Shown: positions 29,036 through 37,667 of the stretch, piece by piece
How the letters are laid out: each line of letters opens with the position of its first letter
How positions within the stretch are numbered: the first letter of the stretch is position 1
Assembly: GCA_016204255.1 (NCBI GenBank)
Contig: JACQLA010000003.1
Coordinates: 42,255 to 106,254 of the forward strand
Origin: Candidatus Microgenomates bacterium
Lineage (GTDB): Bacteria > Patescibacteriota > Microgenomatia > JACQLA01
Direction: 5' to 3'
Length of the DNA: 64,000 bases
Position numbers and translations under genes: made by a program
Notes under the pieces: model-generated
Told to the model about the DNA's origin: nothing
The model's input: only the letters and a program-made list of their open reading frames with translations
Databases searched by the model: none

Positions 29036-30668
29036 ACTCCATTTTCTGGCCATCCTCTGGCGTTTTAAAAAAGTGTTTATCCGGAAAGAATGGGGAAGAA
29101 TTCTGGTTGCTCTGGCCTATTTAATTGTTTTCGGTCTGCTTTTTCTTTTTATTTTTTTTCTCGGCCAGGCAACATTTAAATATCTTTACTCCTTTAATGA
29201 TGTCTCCGGCCCCGTAACCCGCTATATTCTTTTAACATCTCTCGCTTTCGCAACGCTTCTGTCCATTTTAACTTATCTTTTATCCTTGCCGGCAAGACTT
29301 TTTTCTAAAAATCTTAGCTTATACTTTATTGCACCCGTAAACCATCTCAAGAATTTTCAAGCAGTCTACTTAGAAAATCTTATATTTGGCGGCTGGCCAT
29401 TTATTGTTTTAGCCCTTCCATTGCTGTTGGCCTACTTAATAACGATGCGAGGTAATCCGGCAAGTTATATCGTTTTGATTTTGGCCCTGTTGATTATTAT
29501 CAATCTTACGGAAAGCGTCGCTGCGATTTTAGTCTTAGCACTTAAAACTATATTTAAGGGGGCCTCAAATAAAGTCACCTATCTTTTATTCGTTTTGACC
29601 TTTTTAGGTCTTTGCGGGTTGGTAAAAATTATTTTTTTTCCGGCCGGACTTGTCGAGGTGGCCCAACGTCCCACCTTAAATGAAGTCTTTGCCGGTTTAA
29701 CCAATCTACCCCTAAGCTACCCGCACCTACCGACAACTCTTTTTATTGATAGTCTTTCGGGCAAGTTTGCTTCTTTTCTTTTTCTTCTTATTCAGGCGAT
29801 TATTTTTTTCTGCCTTGCTTTACTTTTGGCAAAAAAAACTTATAAAACTACCTGGCAGAAATCACAGGAAAAAATTTTTTTAGCCGCCCCAAAGACTAAT
29901 CTATCCGTCAGTACAAAAGCGGTTAAATTCCATGGGACTTTTGCTAGTTTACTCAAAAGAGAGCTTGTAACAATTGACCGCACACCCTCACAGATTTTAT
30001 ATTTCGCTTTTATTGTTTTTTTATCCGTTATTTTTTTCTTTTTACTCTCTAAAAAACCGGAGCAATCCCCAGATTTTCCTTTCTCTCTTGTCCGGAAAAC
30101 CGCCGCCTTGGGCGTTATTATCGTCGGTTATATTCTAATTATGCTAACCCTAAGATTTAACTTTCCTTCACTTATCGGCGATTTTAAAAACTTTTGGACG
30201 CTCCGCGGTTTACCGGGATGGCGGGAAAAGGTTATTCTCAGTAAATGGCTTACATACACGTTTTTCAGCCTCGTTGTTAGCTGGCTTTTAGGAATTATGG
30301 CGTTTTTTTCCCTTCGTCTACCCTTTGATTTCCTCTACCCTTTACTTATTATTTGTCTGATCAATGGAATCCTTATCAGCGCCCTAGCCCTTTTTATTGG
30401 TGGATATTTTGCCTCAAGTCTTCCTCGAGGTGGAATAGAGGAAGCGACAACGAGTCTGGGTGGAATTGCCGCAACCTTACTGTCGACCATAATTTCCGGT
30501 GTTTTAGGTCTTTTCTTTTACGTAATATTCTCTGAAAAAAACCTTAGCCTTGGTTTTCCGGAAATTTACAATTTGCATCTTATAGCGATTGGAATTTTCG
30601 CACTGATCCTCTGGCTGATTGCTCTTCAAATCACAAAGGTAAAATTTAGCAAAATGGACATTATTTGA
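29028..30668 (+). CDS. polytopic membrane protein, putative permease partner of the ABC ATPase
   Basis: About 546 aa with many TM helices. The ATG at 29028 overlaps the ATPase stop. The listed start at 28896 would overlap 140 nt of the ATPase gene. Confidence 0.55.
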   Translation: MLKLHFLAILWRFKKVFIRKEWGRILVALAYLIVFGLLFLFIFFLGQATFKYLYSFNDVSGPVTRYILLTSLAFATLLSILTYLLSLPARLFSKNLSLYFIAPVNHLKNFQAVYLENLIFGGWPFIVLALPLLLAYLITMRGNPASYIVLILALLIIINLTESVAAILVLALKTIFKGASNKVTYLLFVLTFLGLCGLVKIIFFPAGLVEVAQRPTLNEVFAGLTNLPLSYPHLPTTLFIDSLSGKFASFLFLLIQAIIFFCLALLLAKKTYKTTWQKSQEKIFLAAPKTNLSVSTKAVKFHGTFASLLKRELVTIDRTPSQILYFAFIVFLSVIFFFLLSKKPEQSPDFPFSLVRKTAALGVIIVGYILIMLTLRFNFPSLIGDFKNFWTLRGLPGWREKVILSKWLTYTFFSLVVSWLLGIMAFFSLRLPFDFLYPLLIICLINGILISALALFIGGYFASSLPRGGIEEATTSLGGIAATLLSTIISGVLGLFFYVIFSEKNLSLGFPEIYNLHLIAIGIFALILWLIALQITKVKFSKMDII

Positions 30669-30672
30669 TCAC

Positions 30673-30957
30673 ATGGCAACGCTTGAACAATTAAGTAAAG
30701 AAATAGCATACATAAAAGAAAGAAACCGCCGCGTTGAGCTCGATAAACGTTGGGAAACGAGCTACACCCGACGCTTTTTGCTGGCTACCTTCACTTATTT
30801 AGCAATCGGCTTTTATCTTAGGGTGATTGACGTAGCTGATCCGTGGCTAAACGCCATTGTTCCGGCAATTGCTTTTATGCTTTCCACATTAACTTTACCG
30901 TTCTTTAAAGATTTCTGGTTGAAATTTACTTCCAAGAACACTAAAAATAATGGTTAG
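30673..30957 (+). CDS. hypothetical small membrane protein
   Basis: 94 aa with two hydrophobic helices. Confidence 0.4.
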   Translation: MATLEQLSKEIAYIKERNRRVELDKRWETSYTRRFLLATFTYLAIGFYLRVIDVADPWLNAIVPAIAFMLSTLTLPFFKDFWLKFTSKNTKNNG

Positions 30958-31594
30958 AAAAACGATTAGAAGAAATCTGCCATCAATTTTTATCGTTATT
31001 ACAGTTTTAGCCTTCCTTTATCTTCTTACACAGGTCATTCCGGAAGAAGGGATGCGCGTTTTTCTGAAGTCTGCAGGAATTTGGGCACCCCTTATTTTTA
31101 TCATCCTCAGTCTTCTTACGTATATTGCAGCCCCGGTTAGCGGCACTCCACTTCTTTTTGCCGGTTTTTATGTTTTCGGTGCCAACGTCATAATTTTGAC
31201 GGCAATTGCCACTTTTACCTCCACCATAACCAACTTTTGGATTTCAAGAATTTGGGGCCGTTCATTGGTCCAAAAATTTGTCGGCGCTGGAAATATGAAA
31301 CGGGTTGATAAGGTTACGCAAAACTATGGAGTTATAACCCTTTTTATTTTACGTTTGCTTGGCGGAAGTTTTCATGAATTTATTTCGTATGCGGCCGGAC
31401 TAACGTCTATGCGCTTTTCCGCTTATTTTTTTGCCTCCACCGTCGGAATGATTCCGGGTATGGTTTTATGGTATTTTCTGGCGCAAAAAGTGGGAACACC
31501 CGTGGCTTTTACCTTTTTAACCTTGGGCATATCCGCGGTATTTCTCCTCCTATTTCTTTTTGTCAGTTTGACTTTAAAAAGGTGGCGAAATTAA
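30950..31594 (+). CDS. TVP38/TMEM64 (DedA-related, VTT domain) membrane protein
   Basis: The APVSGTPLLFAGFYVFG and FWISRIWGR segments are typical of this family. Confidence 0.6.
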   Translation: MVRKTIRRNLPSIFIVITVLAFLYLLTQVIPEEGMRVFLKSAGIWAPLIFIILSLLTYIAAPVSGTPLLFAGFYVFGANVIILTAIATFTSTITNFWISRIWGRSLVQKFVGAGNMKRVDKVTQNYGVITLFILRLLGGSFHEFISYAAGLTSMRFSAYFFASTVGMIPGMVLWYFLAQKVGTPVAFTFLTLGISAVFLLLFLFVSLTLKRWRN

Positions 31595-32202
31595 AGAAGC
31601 TGTCCTTGCAGATGTGCGCCAATAGCCCGATCAACCGGTTGACGTAAGATTACCCGCATTTCTTTCGGGGTTATGCAATCCTCTTCTGAAACCTCAGATA
31701 TTTTTTCTTTCAATTCAGAAAATCCCCTTTGATCCATACCAAGCATCATATATTTCCATCCGGGGCTTTCCGGAAGCCTTACTAAAAAAAGGTTATCAAT
31801 TCTTTGTAGTGTTTCTTGGTCGGCCCATCGGGGGTTAAACAAGTTTGGTGGGCGTCCTGCAGCTAACTTCGGGTTAAAGGCTAATTCTAATGTAGAGTAT
31901 TCAAGAGAACGTTCAACCGCGGTTAAAATTTTCGCCGCCTCCTTAGACCCAGATATTTCGAGGCAGTTATCAACGGGTTTACCATCGCGATCAAAAGCAG
32001 TCAGATCGGCGATTTTAAAACCACGACTAGCTAGAAGTTGAACAACAATTCTTTTAGGGTTTCGGGTGTCAGTGCTGGTGAAAGCAATAAAGGATTCAGG
32101 GTGTGTGGGAAGAGGCCCGCGATAGTTTTGAGCGGCTATCGCCTCAACCAACATATTTATACCGGTTTTAAATCCAACCGTTTGAGTTCCTTCTTTTGCC
32201 AT
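31591..32202 (-). CDS. hypothetical protein (203 aa)
   Basis: A long ORF with no recognised family. Its stop overlaps the convergent upstream gene. Confidence 0.5.
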   Translation of the reverse strand: MAKEGTQTVGFKTGINMLVEAIAAQNYRGPLPTHPESFIAFTSTDTRNPKRIVVQLLASRGFKIADLTAFDRDGKPVDNCLEISGSKEAAKILTAVERSLEYSTLELAFNPKLAAGRPPNLFNPRWADQETLQRIDNLFLVRLPESPGWKYMMLGMDQRGFSELKEKISEVSEEDCITPKEMRVILRQPVDRAIGAHLQGQLL

Positions 32203-32259
32203 TGGCGTTAGTGTACTCTTTCTGCGGCTGTCTTGTCAATTTAACGAGAGATGTATTTT

Positions 32260-32268
32260 TGGTATAAT
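32260..32268 (+). promoter_or_regulatory. extended -10 element TGGTATAAT upstream of tRNA-Arg
   Basis: TGGTATAAT lies about 60 nt upstream of the tRNA 5' end. A possible -35 (TTAACG) is at 32241-32246. Confidence 0.4.
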
Positions 32269-32301
32269 TACCATTACACAGCAACCGGTGTGGTTGTAAA
32301 T

Positions 32302-32327
32302 GCCTATAGCTCAACGGAACTCATTGA
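32302..32327 (+). pseudogene. tRNA 5'-half-like fragment (acceptor plus D-arm) directly abutting tRNA-Arg
   Basis: GCCTATAGCTCAACGGAA resembles the tRNA-Arg 5' end GCCTCCGTAGCTCAACGGATA. No anticodon or T arm follows it. Confidence 0.3.
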
Positions 32328-32402
32328 GCCTCCGTAGCTCAACGGATAGAGCACTGGTCTTCGGAACCAGGAATAGGGGTTCGATTCCTCTCGGAGGCAC
32401 CA
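32328..32402 (+). tRNA. tRNA-Arg (anticodon TCG), CCA encoded
   Basis: Hand-folded cloverleaf: acceptor GCCTCCG/CGGAGGC, D stem GCTC/GAGC, anticodon stem CTGGT/ACCAG with loop CTTCGGA, and T arm AGGGG-TTCGATT-CCTCT. Confidence 0.85.
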
Positions 32403-32438
32403 AAAAATCTGGCGATTTTTCAGTGTAAACACTAAAAA

Positions 32439-32720
32439 ATGAGGTGGTTTCTATATATTGTTAAATGTAAAGATGGCTCACTTTATACCGGAATTACAAC
32501 TAATCTAGTACGAAGAGTTCGCGAACACAATTCAGGGATAGGTGCAAAATTTCTTCGAGGTAAATTACCTGTCGTTATGGTTTATAATGAGATGCATAAT
32601 TCACAAAGTGAAGCGAGGAAACGCGAAGAAGCCATCAAAAAATGGAAAAGAGAACACAAGATTAAACTTATTGAAAAGGGTTTATCCCAAACGGGTTATC
32701 CTAGTAAGGGTTTACCCTGA
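32439..32720 (+). CDS. GIY-YIG nuclease superfamily protein (UPF0213/YhbQ-like)
   Basis: WFLYIVKCKDGSLYTGITTNLVRRVREHN..RKREEAIKKW is the characteristic small GIY-YIG pattern. Confidence 0.8.
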   Translation: MRWFLYIVKCKDGSLYTGITTNLVRRVREHNSGIGAKFLRGKLPVVMVYNEMHNSQSEARKREEAIKKWKREHKIKLIEKGLSQTGYPSKGLP

Positions 32721-32744
32721 AAATTAGTACAAGACTAATTTTTA

Positions 32745-32817
32745 GGGCCGCTAGCTCAATTGGTAGAGCAACAGCCTCTTAAGCTGTGGGTTCAGGGTTC
32801 GAGCCCCTGGCGGCTCA
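32745..32817 (+). tRNA. tRNA-Lys (anticodon CTT)
   Basis: Hand-folded cloverleaf: acceptor GGGCCGC/GCGGCTC (one G-T pair), D stem GCTC/GAGC, anticodon stem ACAGC/GCTGT with loop CTCTTAA, and T arm CAGGG-TTCGAGC-CCCTG. Confidence 0.85.
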
Positions 32818-32907
32818 CTAGTTAACAATTGTTAAAAATAGATGAAAGAAATTAATAGAAGTTGCATAATTTGCATTAACTTTAATTTTTTGAAATACCA
32901 ACCATAT

Positions 32908-33624
32908 ATGGATATTGATAACAATAGAAAAATTGATCCATCTACTCAAATTTCTCCGCAGAACTCATCTTCGCAAAATAATCCGCCAATTAATCAAAAA
33001 GGTATTTTTCTTCCTATCCTAGGTATAATCTTACTTTTAATAATCATTGGTGGGGGAGTTTATTATTTGAGAATGCAAAACGCAAAACAAACAACAATTG
33101 GTCAGCAAAATAACCCCATTCCTTCTATAGCAACGACTACCCAACCTACAGCACTAACTACGATTGAGCAAAAATATTCTTCTACTCAATGCTCATTAAC
33201 TTTAAGCTATCCAACCGGTTGGAAAGCAGTAGAACCTACATATGAACAGTCACAAGACTATCAATATGTTTGTGTTGATATTCAAGCTTCCAATTATAAA
33301 CTTGCAGAAGGCGGATATACAGGCACGCAAATACATATAACAAGAACCAAGGTAGGAACAATTTTCACAAGAAGTGAAAACGAAAAATATACTGTTAACT
33401 CTATCGACGATTTAATCAAAATATTAGAGGCTCATCCTTATTCAAAAGGTAAAGTTCAAAATAGACAAACAAAAACTCTTTTTGGTGTTGAGGGAATTTA
33501 TTATGAACTTGATGGTTCAAGTTTCAGTCTAATTAAGAATGGTCATATTTACTCAATCAACTGGCCAAAGAATGACAGCAACAACGACACTACACAACAA
33601 ATCATTAACTCAATCAAATTCTAA
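32908..33624 (+). CDS. hypothetical membrane-anchored protein (Q/N/S-rich N-terminus, one TM helix, extracytoplasmic domain)
   Basis: I prefer the ATG at 32908. The TM helix is GIFLPILGIILLLIIIGGGVYYL. I recognise no family. Confidence 0.45.
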   Translation: MDIDNNRKIDPSTQISPQNSSSQNNPPINQKGIFLPILGIILLLIIIGGGVYYLRMQNAKQTTIGQQNNPIPSIATTTQPTALTTIEQKYSSTQCSLTLSYPTGWKAVEPTYEQSQDYQYVCVDIQASNYKLAEGGYTGTQIHITRTKVGTIFTRSENEKYTVNSIDDLIKILEAHPYSKGKVQNRQTKTLFGVEGIYYELDGSSFSLIKNGHIYSINWPKNDSNNDTTQQIINSIKF

Positions 33625-33718
33625 CTGTATAAAGATAATACCTTAATGGTATTAAGTTCACAAAATGATCCTTATGGTGAAAGTACCTTACGTTTTGCGA
33701 TAGCAAAAGGAAAGCAGG

Positions 33719-33738
33719 CTTGAAAGTAAACTTTCAAG
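33719..33738. terminator. perfect 9-bp palindrome between convergent genes (possible bidirectional terminator)
   Basis: CTTGAAAGT-AA-ACTTTCAAG. A second hairpin, TTTTGC-GATA-GCAAAA, lies at 33693-33708. Neither has a clear U-tract. Confidence 0.3.
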
Positions 33739-33809
33739 ATTCTTACTGTTAGGGAGCGAAGGTTGACAGAAGTTGTTCTGATCCACCTAGGCCACAAAGA
33801 TCGATTTAA

Positions 33810-34664
33810 TTATTGCCCTTTTTGCAAAACATAACTTTCAGAGTCTTTTATTAATTTCTCAATAAATTCCTCACATTTTCCTGCAGACACTATAAATGAA
33901 GGACGTTTAACTGGGCCTAACCCTCCTTGTGCTCTCGTTCTCAAACTATATGGAAGTGGAAATTCATAATGAATCCAATCTTTGGGATTTAGTTTAACTT
34001 CTTGAATGTCAATTTCTCCTTTACTTAGGTCTATTTTTTCTGGGTTATAATCCAATAGCAGAAGATCCGCAGTTGTAATAACTATCGGAATAAATAAAAT
34101 ATCATACTGCCTAAAATTTACTCCTGCAATTTCATAAATTCTATTTTTTCTTTCATCTTCAAAGCTCGAAATTGCCTCATTCGCCTGTTTTAATGCTAAA
34201 TATGGTCTTTCTCCTTGATTTCTACTCAACTTTCCTGAATTCTCATTGAATTCAAATGTCTGGATTCCTTGGTCAAAAAATTTTATTCCGCCATATCCCA
34301 AAGAAGGGAAGAAAATATTTTTATTAAAATTGAAATTATTTACACCAGCTTCAAAGTAGTCAAATGGATAGCTACTTTCATCAGATTTAATCCACCTTTC
34401 TATTACCCATTTCTTTTGCGCCTGGTCCGCTTTCTTGCACTCTACTGCTAGGCAGACTATTCGACCTGCACTTTGCAAAAGCCTAACTAGCAAAAGATCA
34501 ATAACCCCCTCAAACGATTCTGATGTGTAACCAGAATATGGCTCTTCTCTTAAAACCTTATATTCTGAATTTTTGCTCAGTATGTTATGAACAGCAGCTT
34601 CAAGGAATAATCCTGTACCATTCAGCTCTGTCATAATTTTGCTTGATTGCGCAATCTGACTCAT
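33810..34664 (-). CDS. PD-(D/E)xK nuclease-like protein with a C-terminal domain of unknown function
   Basis: The N-terminal ~100 aa show helix-E (LFLEAAVHNIL), then GVIDLLLV, then 16 intervening residues (D-x19-E), then LAVECKK. That is the D...ExK arrangement of restriction-endonuclease-fold proteins. The start overlaps the HTH gene stop (TAATG). Confidence 0.45.
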   Translation of the reverse strand: MSQIAQSSKIMTELNGTGLFLEAAVHNILSKNSEYKVLREEPYSGYTSESFEGVIDLLLVRLLQSAGRIVCLAVECKKADQAQKKWVIERWIKSDESSYPFDYFEAGVNNFNFNKNIFFPSLGYGGIKFFDQGIQTFEFNENSGKLSRNQGERPYLALKQANEAISSFEDERKNRIYEIAGVNFRQYDILFIPIVITTADLLLLDYNPEKIDLSKGEIDIQEVKLNPKDWIHYEFPLPYSLRTRAQGGLGPVKRPSFIVSAGKCEEFIEKLIKDSESYVLQKGQ

Positions 34665-34873
34665 TATCTATTTTCTCCTTGACTTGTTATCAACTTAATA
34701 ATGTCTTCTCTCCTGTATCTTCTTTCACCAACTCCGCTTCTTAATCCAACCCTAACAGCTTTTAGCTTGCCTTTTTTATCCCAACGTCTGAGAGTAGTCA
34801 TATGAACAGCAAGTATCTTTGATACTTGTTTAATGGTTAAAAGTTCCGGTAGTCTTTGGTAAGTTTCTGCCAT
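34664..34873 (-). CDS. excisionase/MerR-type HTH DNA-binding protein
   Basis: LLTIKQVSKILAVHMTTLRRWDKKGKLKAVR is the HTH_17-like signature. Confidence 0.7.
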   Translation of the reverse strand: MAETYQRLPELLTIKQVSKILAVHMTTLRRWDKKGKLKAVRVGLRSGVGERRYRREDIIKLITSQGENR

Positions 34874-34916
34874 GATTTTCTGTCTTTAAACAAGTTTTGG
34901 TTGTTAACTTTTGCTA

Positions 34917-34930
34917 TGCATAATTATGCA
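34917..34930. promoter_or_regulatory. perfect 14-bp palindrome TGCATAATTATGCA, candidate operator for the HTH protein
   Basis: It lies about 45 nt upstream of the HTH start codon. The related TGCATAATTTGCA occurs at 32863-32875, at the other end of the segment. Confidence 0.4.
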
Positions 34931-35265
34931 GAAAAACAACGCTTTTAGCAAGGTCTAGAAGAAGGTAATTAAAGAGGAAAAATGACTTATATTTTTCTCT
35001 CCGGCATTTTTGAGGCTAATTCTGGTTGCAACCACCATATTAAATCTGGTAAGCTACTCATTGTTTTGTTGAAAACTTGTTAAAATTAGTCCTATAACCT
35101 AGAACCCTGTCGGGATTCGAACTCATGTTTTGGTTGTTCTATCCACCTTTTTCATTTTTCAAATTCCACGCATCATTATCCTTTTTCTAATCGTTTCCAT
35201 AAAAAGGTAGCATTTATCCTATCATTTCCTTTCTTGTTTAAAAATAGATAAGATATAAATTAAAG

Positions 35266-35274
35266 TGCTATACT
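35266..35274 (+). promoter_or_regulatory. extended -10 element TGCTATACT, 6 nt upstream of the GTG start at 35281
   Basis: It has the TGn-TATACT geometry. Confidence 0.4.
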
Positions 35275-35280
35275 GAAATT

Positions 35281-36261
35281 GTGAAAGAAAAAGGGTCTGC
35301 TCCCCTCATAATAATTTTGATCGCAGTTGTGGTGGTTATAGCAATTCTTACCTTTTTTCGCTTTCTAAAAACCCCAAGCAATGTTCAAACTCCAAGTCTT
35401 CAAAACCAAAAATCAAAACAAGTAAAACAAACAGAATCAAAATGGCAAGAAAAAGGAGTAGCTATTGCAGGTCGATATGCTGATGCCGAGGTAGTTGACC
35501 TTGGAAACGGTCAATATAGAATGTATTACTCTGTTGAGCCTGAAGTGCCTGGGAATAAACTGGAAGTATATTCAGCAGTTTCAAGTGATGGAATAAATTG
35601 GGAAAAAGAAAGCGGAATTAGAAAGACTTTCGCTACTTTTCCAGACATTGTTAAATTGCCTGATGGCAGGTGGCGGATGTACTTCCAAAATGCAGGTGCT
35701 ATTAAAAGCGCAATTTCCACTGATGGACTCTCCTGGACTGACGAGCCCGGCATAAGAATTAATAAGAGTGAACAGGGATTTAATTTAGAAGATGTAGGTG
35801 CTCAAGGAACTATTCGCTTAGATGATGGAACTTACATTATGCTTTATCGCGGCACAATTAATGAGCCTTACAAGACCAGCGAAAAACTTCCCAACAAAGA
35901 CATACATGTATATTTTTGGGGTACCTCCAAAGACGGATTAACTTTTGAAAAGAAAGGGTTGGCAATTGATTCAAGAAACGAGACATTACTTGGAGCAGCT
36001 GATGGTGCAGAATGGGTAAAATGGGATGCTTCAGGACAAACAGAACTTAGAATTTACTTTTGGAGTTATACCGGTGTTTACTATGTGATTTACAAAAATG
36101 GAACTTTCTCTGAACCGGTTTTTGACTTTACGAATAACAAAGACCCAGTGGCTAAATTCCCACCTAACCCACCTGCTGATCCAACGCTTATCAAAATAAA
36201 CGGCACTTGGTTTATGTATTATGGACAACATGAGGAAGGTATTTACTATGCAATTTATTGA
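35281..36261 (+). CDS. membrane-anchored beta-propeller protein with Asp-box-like repeats (sialidase / GH-like fold)
   Basis: It has an N-terminal TM helix and recurring S-x-D-G-x-x-W/F motifs (SSDGINWE, STDGLSWT, SKDGLTFE). Confidence 0.5.
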   Translation: MKEKGSAPLIIILIAVVVVIAILTFFRFLKTPSNVQTPSLQNQKSKQVKQTESKWQEKGVAIAGRYADAEVVDLGNGQYRMYYSVEPEVPGNKLEVYSAVSSDGINWEKESGIRKTFATFPDIVKLPDGRWRMYFQNAGAIKSAISTDGLSWTDEPGIRINKSEQGFNLEDVGAQGTIRLDDGTYIMLYRGTINEPYKTSEKLPNKDIHVYFWGTSKDGLTFEKKGLAIDSRNETLLGAADGAEWVKWDASGQTELRIYFWSYTGVYYVIYKNGTFSEPVFDFTNNKDPVAKFPPNPPADPTLIKINGTWFMYYGQHEEGIYYAIY

Positions 36262-36284
36262 AATATATATCTATATGTTAGGGG

Positions 36285-36590
36285 GTGAATGATTTGTCAA
36301 AAGCAGCTAAAGCATTAATCTTAACTTGGGTACTGATTGGATTATTAGTCGCTGGAGGAGCAGGGTTTTACTTAGGAAGAATAACTGCTCCCAAGATTCC
36401 AGGTCAGCCCTCAGGAATGCAAACCCCAGATAGGTTGAGGGACAGCCAACAACTAAATGGCAGCCAGCAGCCATTACAAGGTGGATTTGGGCAACAACCA
36501 CAGGGGCAGAATAAGGGAGGCCCAGCCCCCAGTGGACAACAAGGTGTACAGCAGAATCAACCAATTAATGGAGGGCAGACAATACAGTAA
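36285..36590 (+). CDS. small membrane-anchored Q/G/P-rich protein
   Basis: GTG start and one TM helix, followed by a low-complexity tail (QQPLQGGFGQQPQGQNKGGPAPSGQQGVQQNQ). Confidence 0.4.
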   Translation: MNDLSKAAKALILTWVLIGLLVAGGAGFYLGRITAPKIPGQPSGMQTPDRLRDSQQLNGSQQPLQGGFGQQPQGQNKGGPAPSGQQGVQQNQPINGGQTIQ

Positions 36591-36592
36591 AA

Positions 36593-37660
36593 ATGAGCAT
36601 GGAATCGATTTTAAACAAAGTAAGCTTGTTGCTTCATAACGACAAGTGGGTCAAAATGTGCTTGTTTGTGTCCTTAAGCTTACTTGTTCTACTTGTTGGT
36701 GGAATTTATGCATACTTAAAGCAAAATGTGTCCCAAATCCAAAAACCTACGTCTTTCCAGCAAACGCTAACACAACAAAATGGTAGGCAATATGTTGAGC
36801 AAAAAGCAGTGGAATTTATACCGCCTAAAGGTAAAACTACTGGCCCTGGAGAAAACGGGCCCTGGGTAATGCGCCTGATGTCTGCTACCTCGCGGGACGG
36901 GTTAAATTTTACAAGGACCAATAAAATTATCACAGACCAGGGGGATGTCCCTGACCTGGCTGTTGATAAAAACGGCAGAATCTATCTTTATTATGTGGGT
37001 TGGACTGTAGAAGATGACCAGAATAAATCGGCTGTAGCCATTTCGGAAGATAATGGTAAAACTTGGATCTACAAGAAACTTGGTTTGACAGGATTTGAAG
37101 GAGGAATGGCTTCGGCGGTTGATCCGGATATCCAAATACTGGAAGATGGCACCTTTAGGTTGTATGTGACATCCGACCCTGAAGATGGACAAGGGCCCAG
37201 AACTTACTATGCAGAAGGAGAAAGCGGTATTAACTTTACCAAAGTGGGGGTGGCATTTTCTGGTTCAGGCAGGTTCGTATTGGATCCTTCTACTCTACGA
37301 ACCCTATCCGGCTGGCATTTTTTCGCAGGAGGAACAGGGCCTGAAAAAGGATGGCATGCAACCAGTACAGACGGGAAAACTTTTACCCAACAACAATATA
37401 AAGAATTTGTTAAGGACGGCAAGGGATATATATTTGCCAATGCTATAGCTATTCCTGGGGGATACAGGGCTTATGCTTTTGATAACAGAACTATTGTTTC
37501 ATTTTTCTCAACAGACGGTGAAGACTGGGTTGCCGAAGATGGAGTACGATTAACCTTAGATCCCTCGTCGCAATTGGAAACCGGTGTTCTCAAAGACCCG
37601 GCAGTAGTAGAACTTCTGGACGGGAGTTACTTGATGGTTTATGTGACGAAAATTCCCTAA
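36593..37660 (+). CDS. membrane-anchored BNR/Asp-box beta-propeller protein
   Basis: It has a canonical Asp-box SEDNGKTW plus SRDGLNFT, STDGKTFT and STDGEDWV. An N-terminal signal anchor is present. Confidence 0.55.
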   Translation: MSMESILNKVSLLLHNDKWVKMCLFVSLSLLVLLVGGIYAYLKQNVSQIQKPTSFQQTLTQQNGRQYVEQKAVEFIPPKGKTTGPGENGPWVMRLMSATSRDGLNFTRTNKIITDQGDVPDLAVDKNGRIYLYYVGWTVEDDQNKSAVAISEDNGKTWIYKKLGLTGFEGGMASAVDPDIQILEDGTFRLYVTSDPEDGQGPRTYYAEGESGINFTKVGVAFSGSGRFVLDPSTLRTLSGWHFFAGGTGPEKGWHATSTDGKTFTQQQYKEFVKDGKGYIFANAIAIPGGYRAYAFDNRTIVSFFSTDGEDWVAEDGVRLTLDPSSQLETGVLKDPAVVELLDGSYLMVYVTKIP

Positions 37661-37667
37661 TTAAATT

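Larger units (their letters stand above)
32818..35280. mobile_element. AT-rich accessory segment adjacent to tRNA-Lys (possible decayed genomic islet)
   Basis: It starts right after the tRNA-Lys 3' end. One hand-counted line (33001) is about 33% GC. It holds orphan genes plus an excisionase-type HTH. No integrase or clear att repeat is present. Confidence 0.35.

Noticed and set aside
35095-35135. CCCTGTCGGGATTCGAACTCATG resembles the T-arm and acceptor of a minus-strand tRNA, so it could be an att or tRNA fragment bounding the AT-rich segment.
   Set aside because: I could not form a T-stem or acceptor pairing, and it has no similarity to the tRNA-Lys 3' end. This is too weak to call. The nearby 12-mer repeat GTTTTGGTTGTT (about 34893 and 35138) is also uninterpretable without more data.
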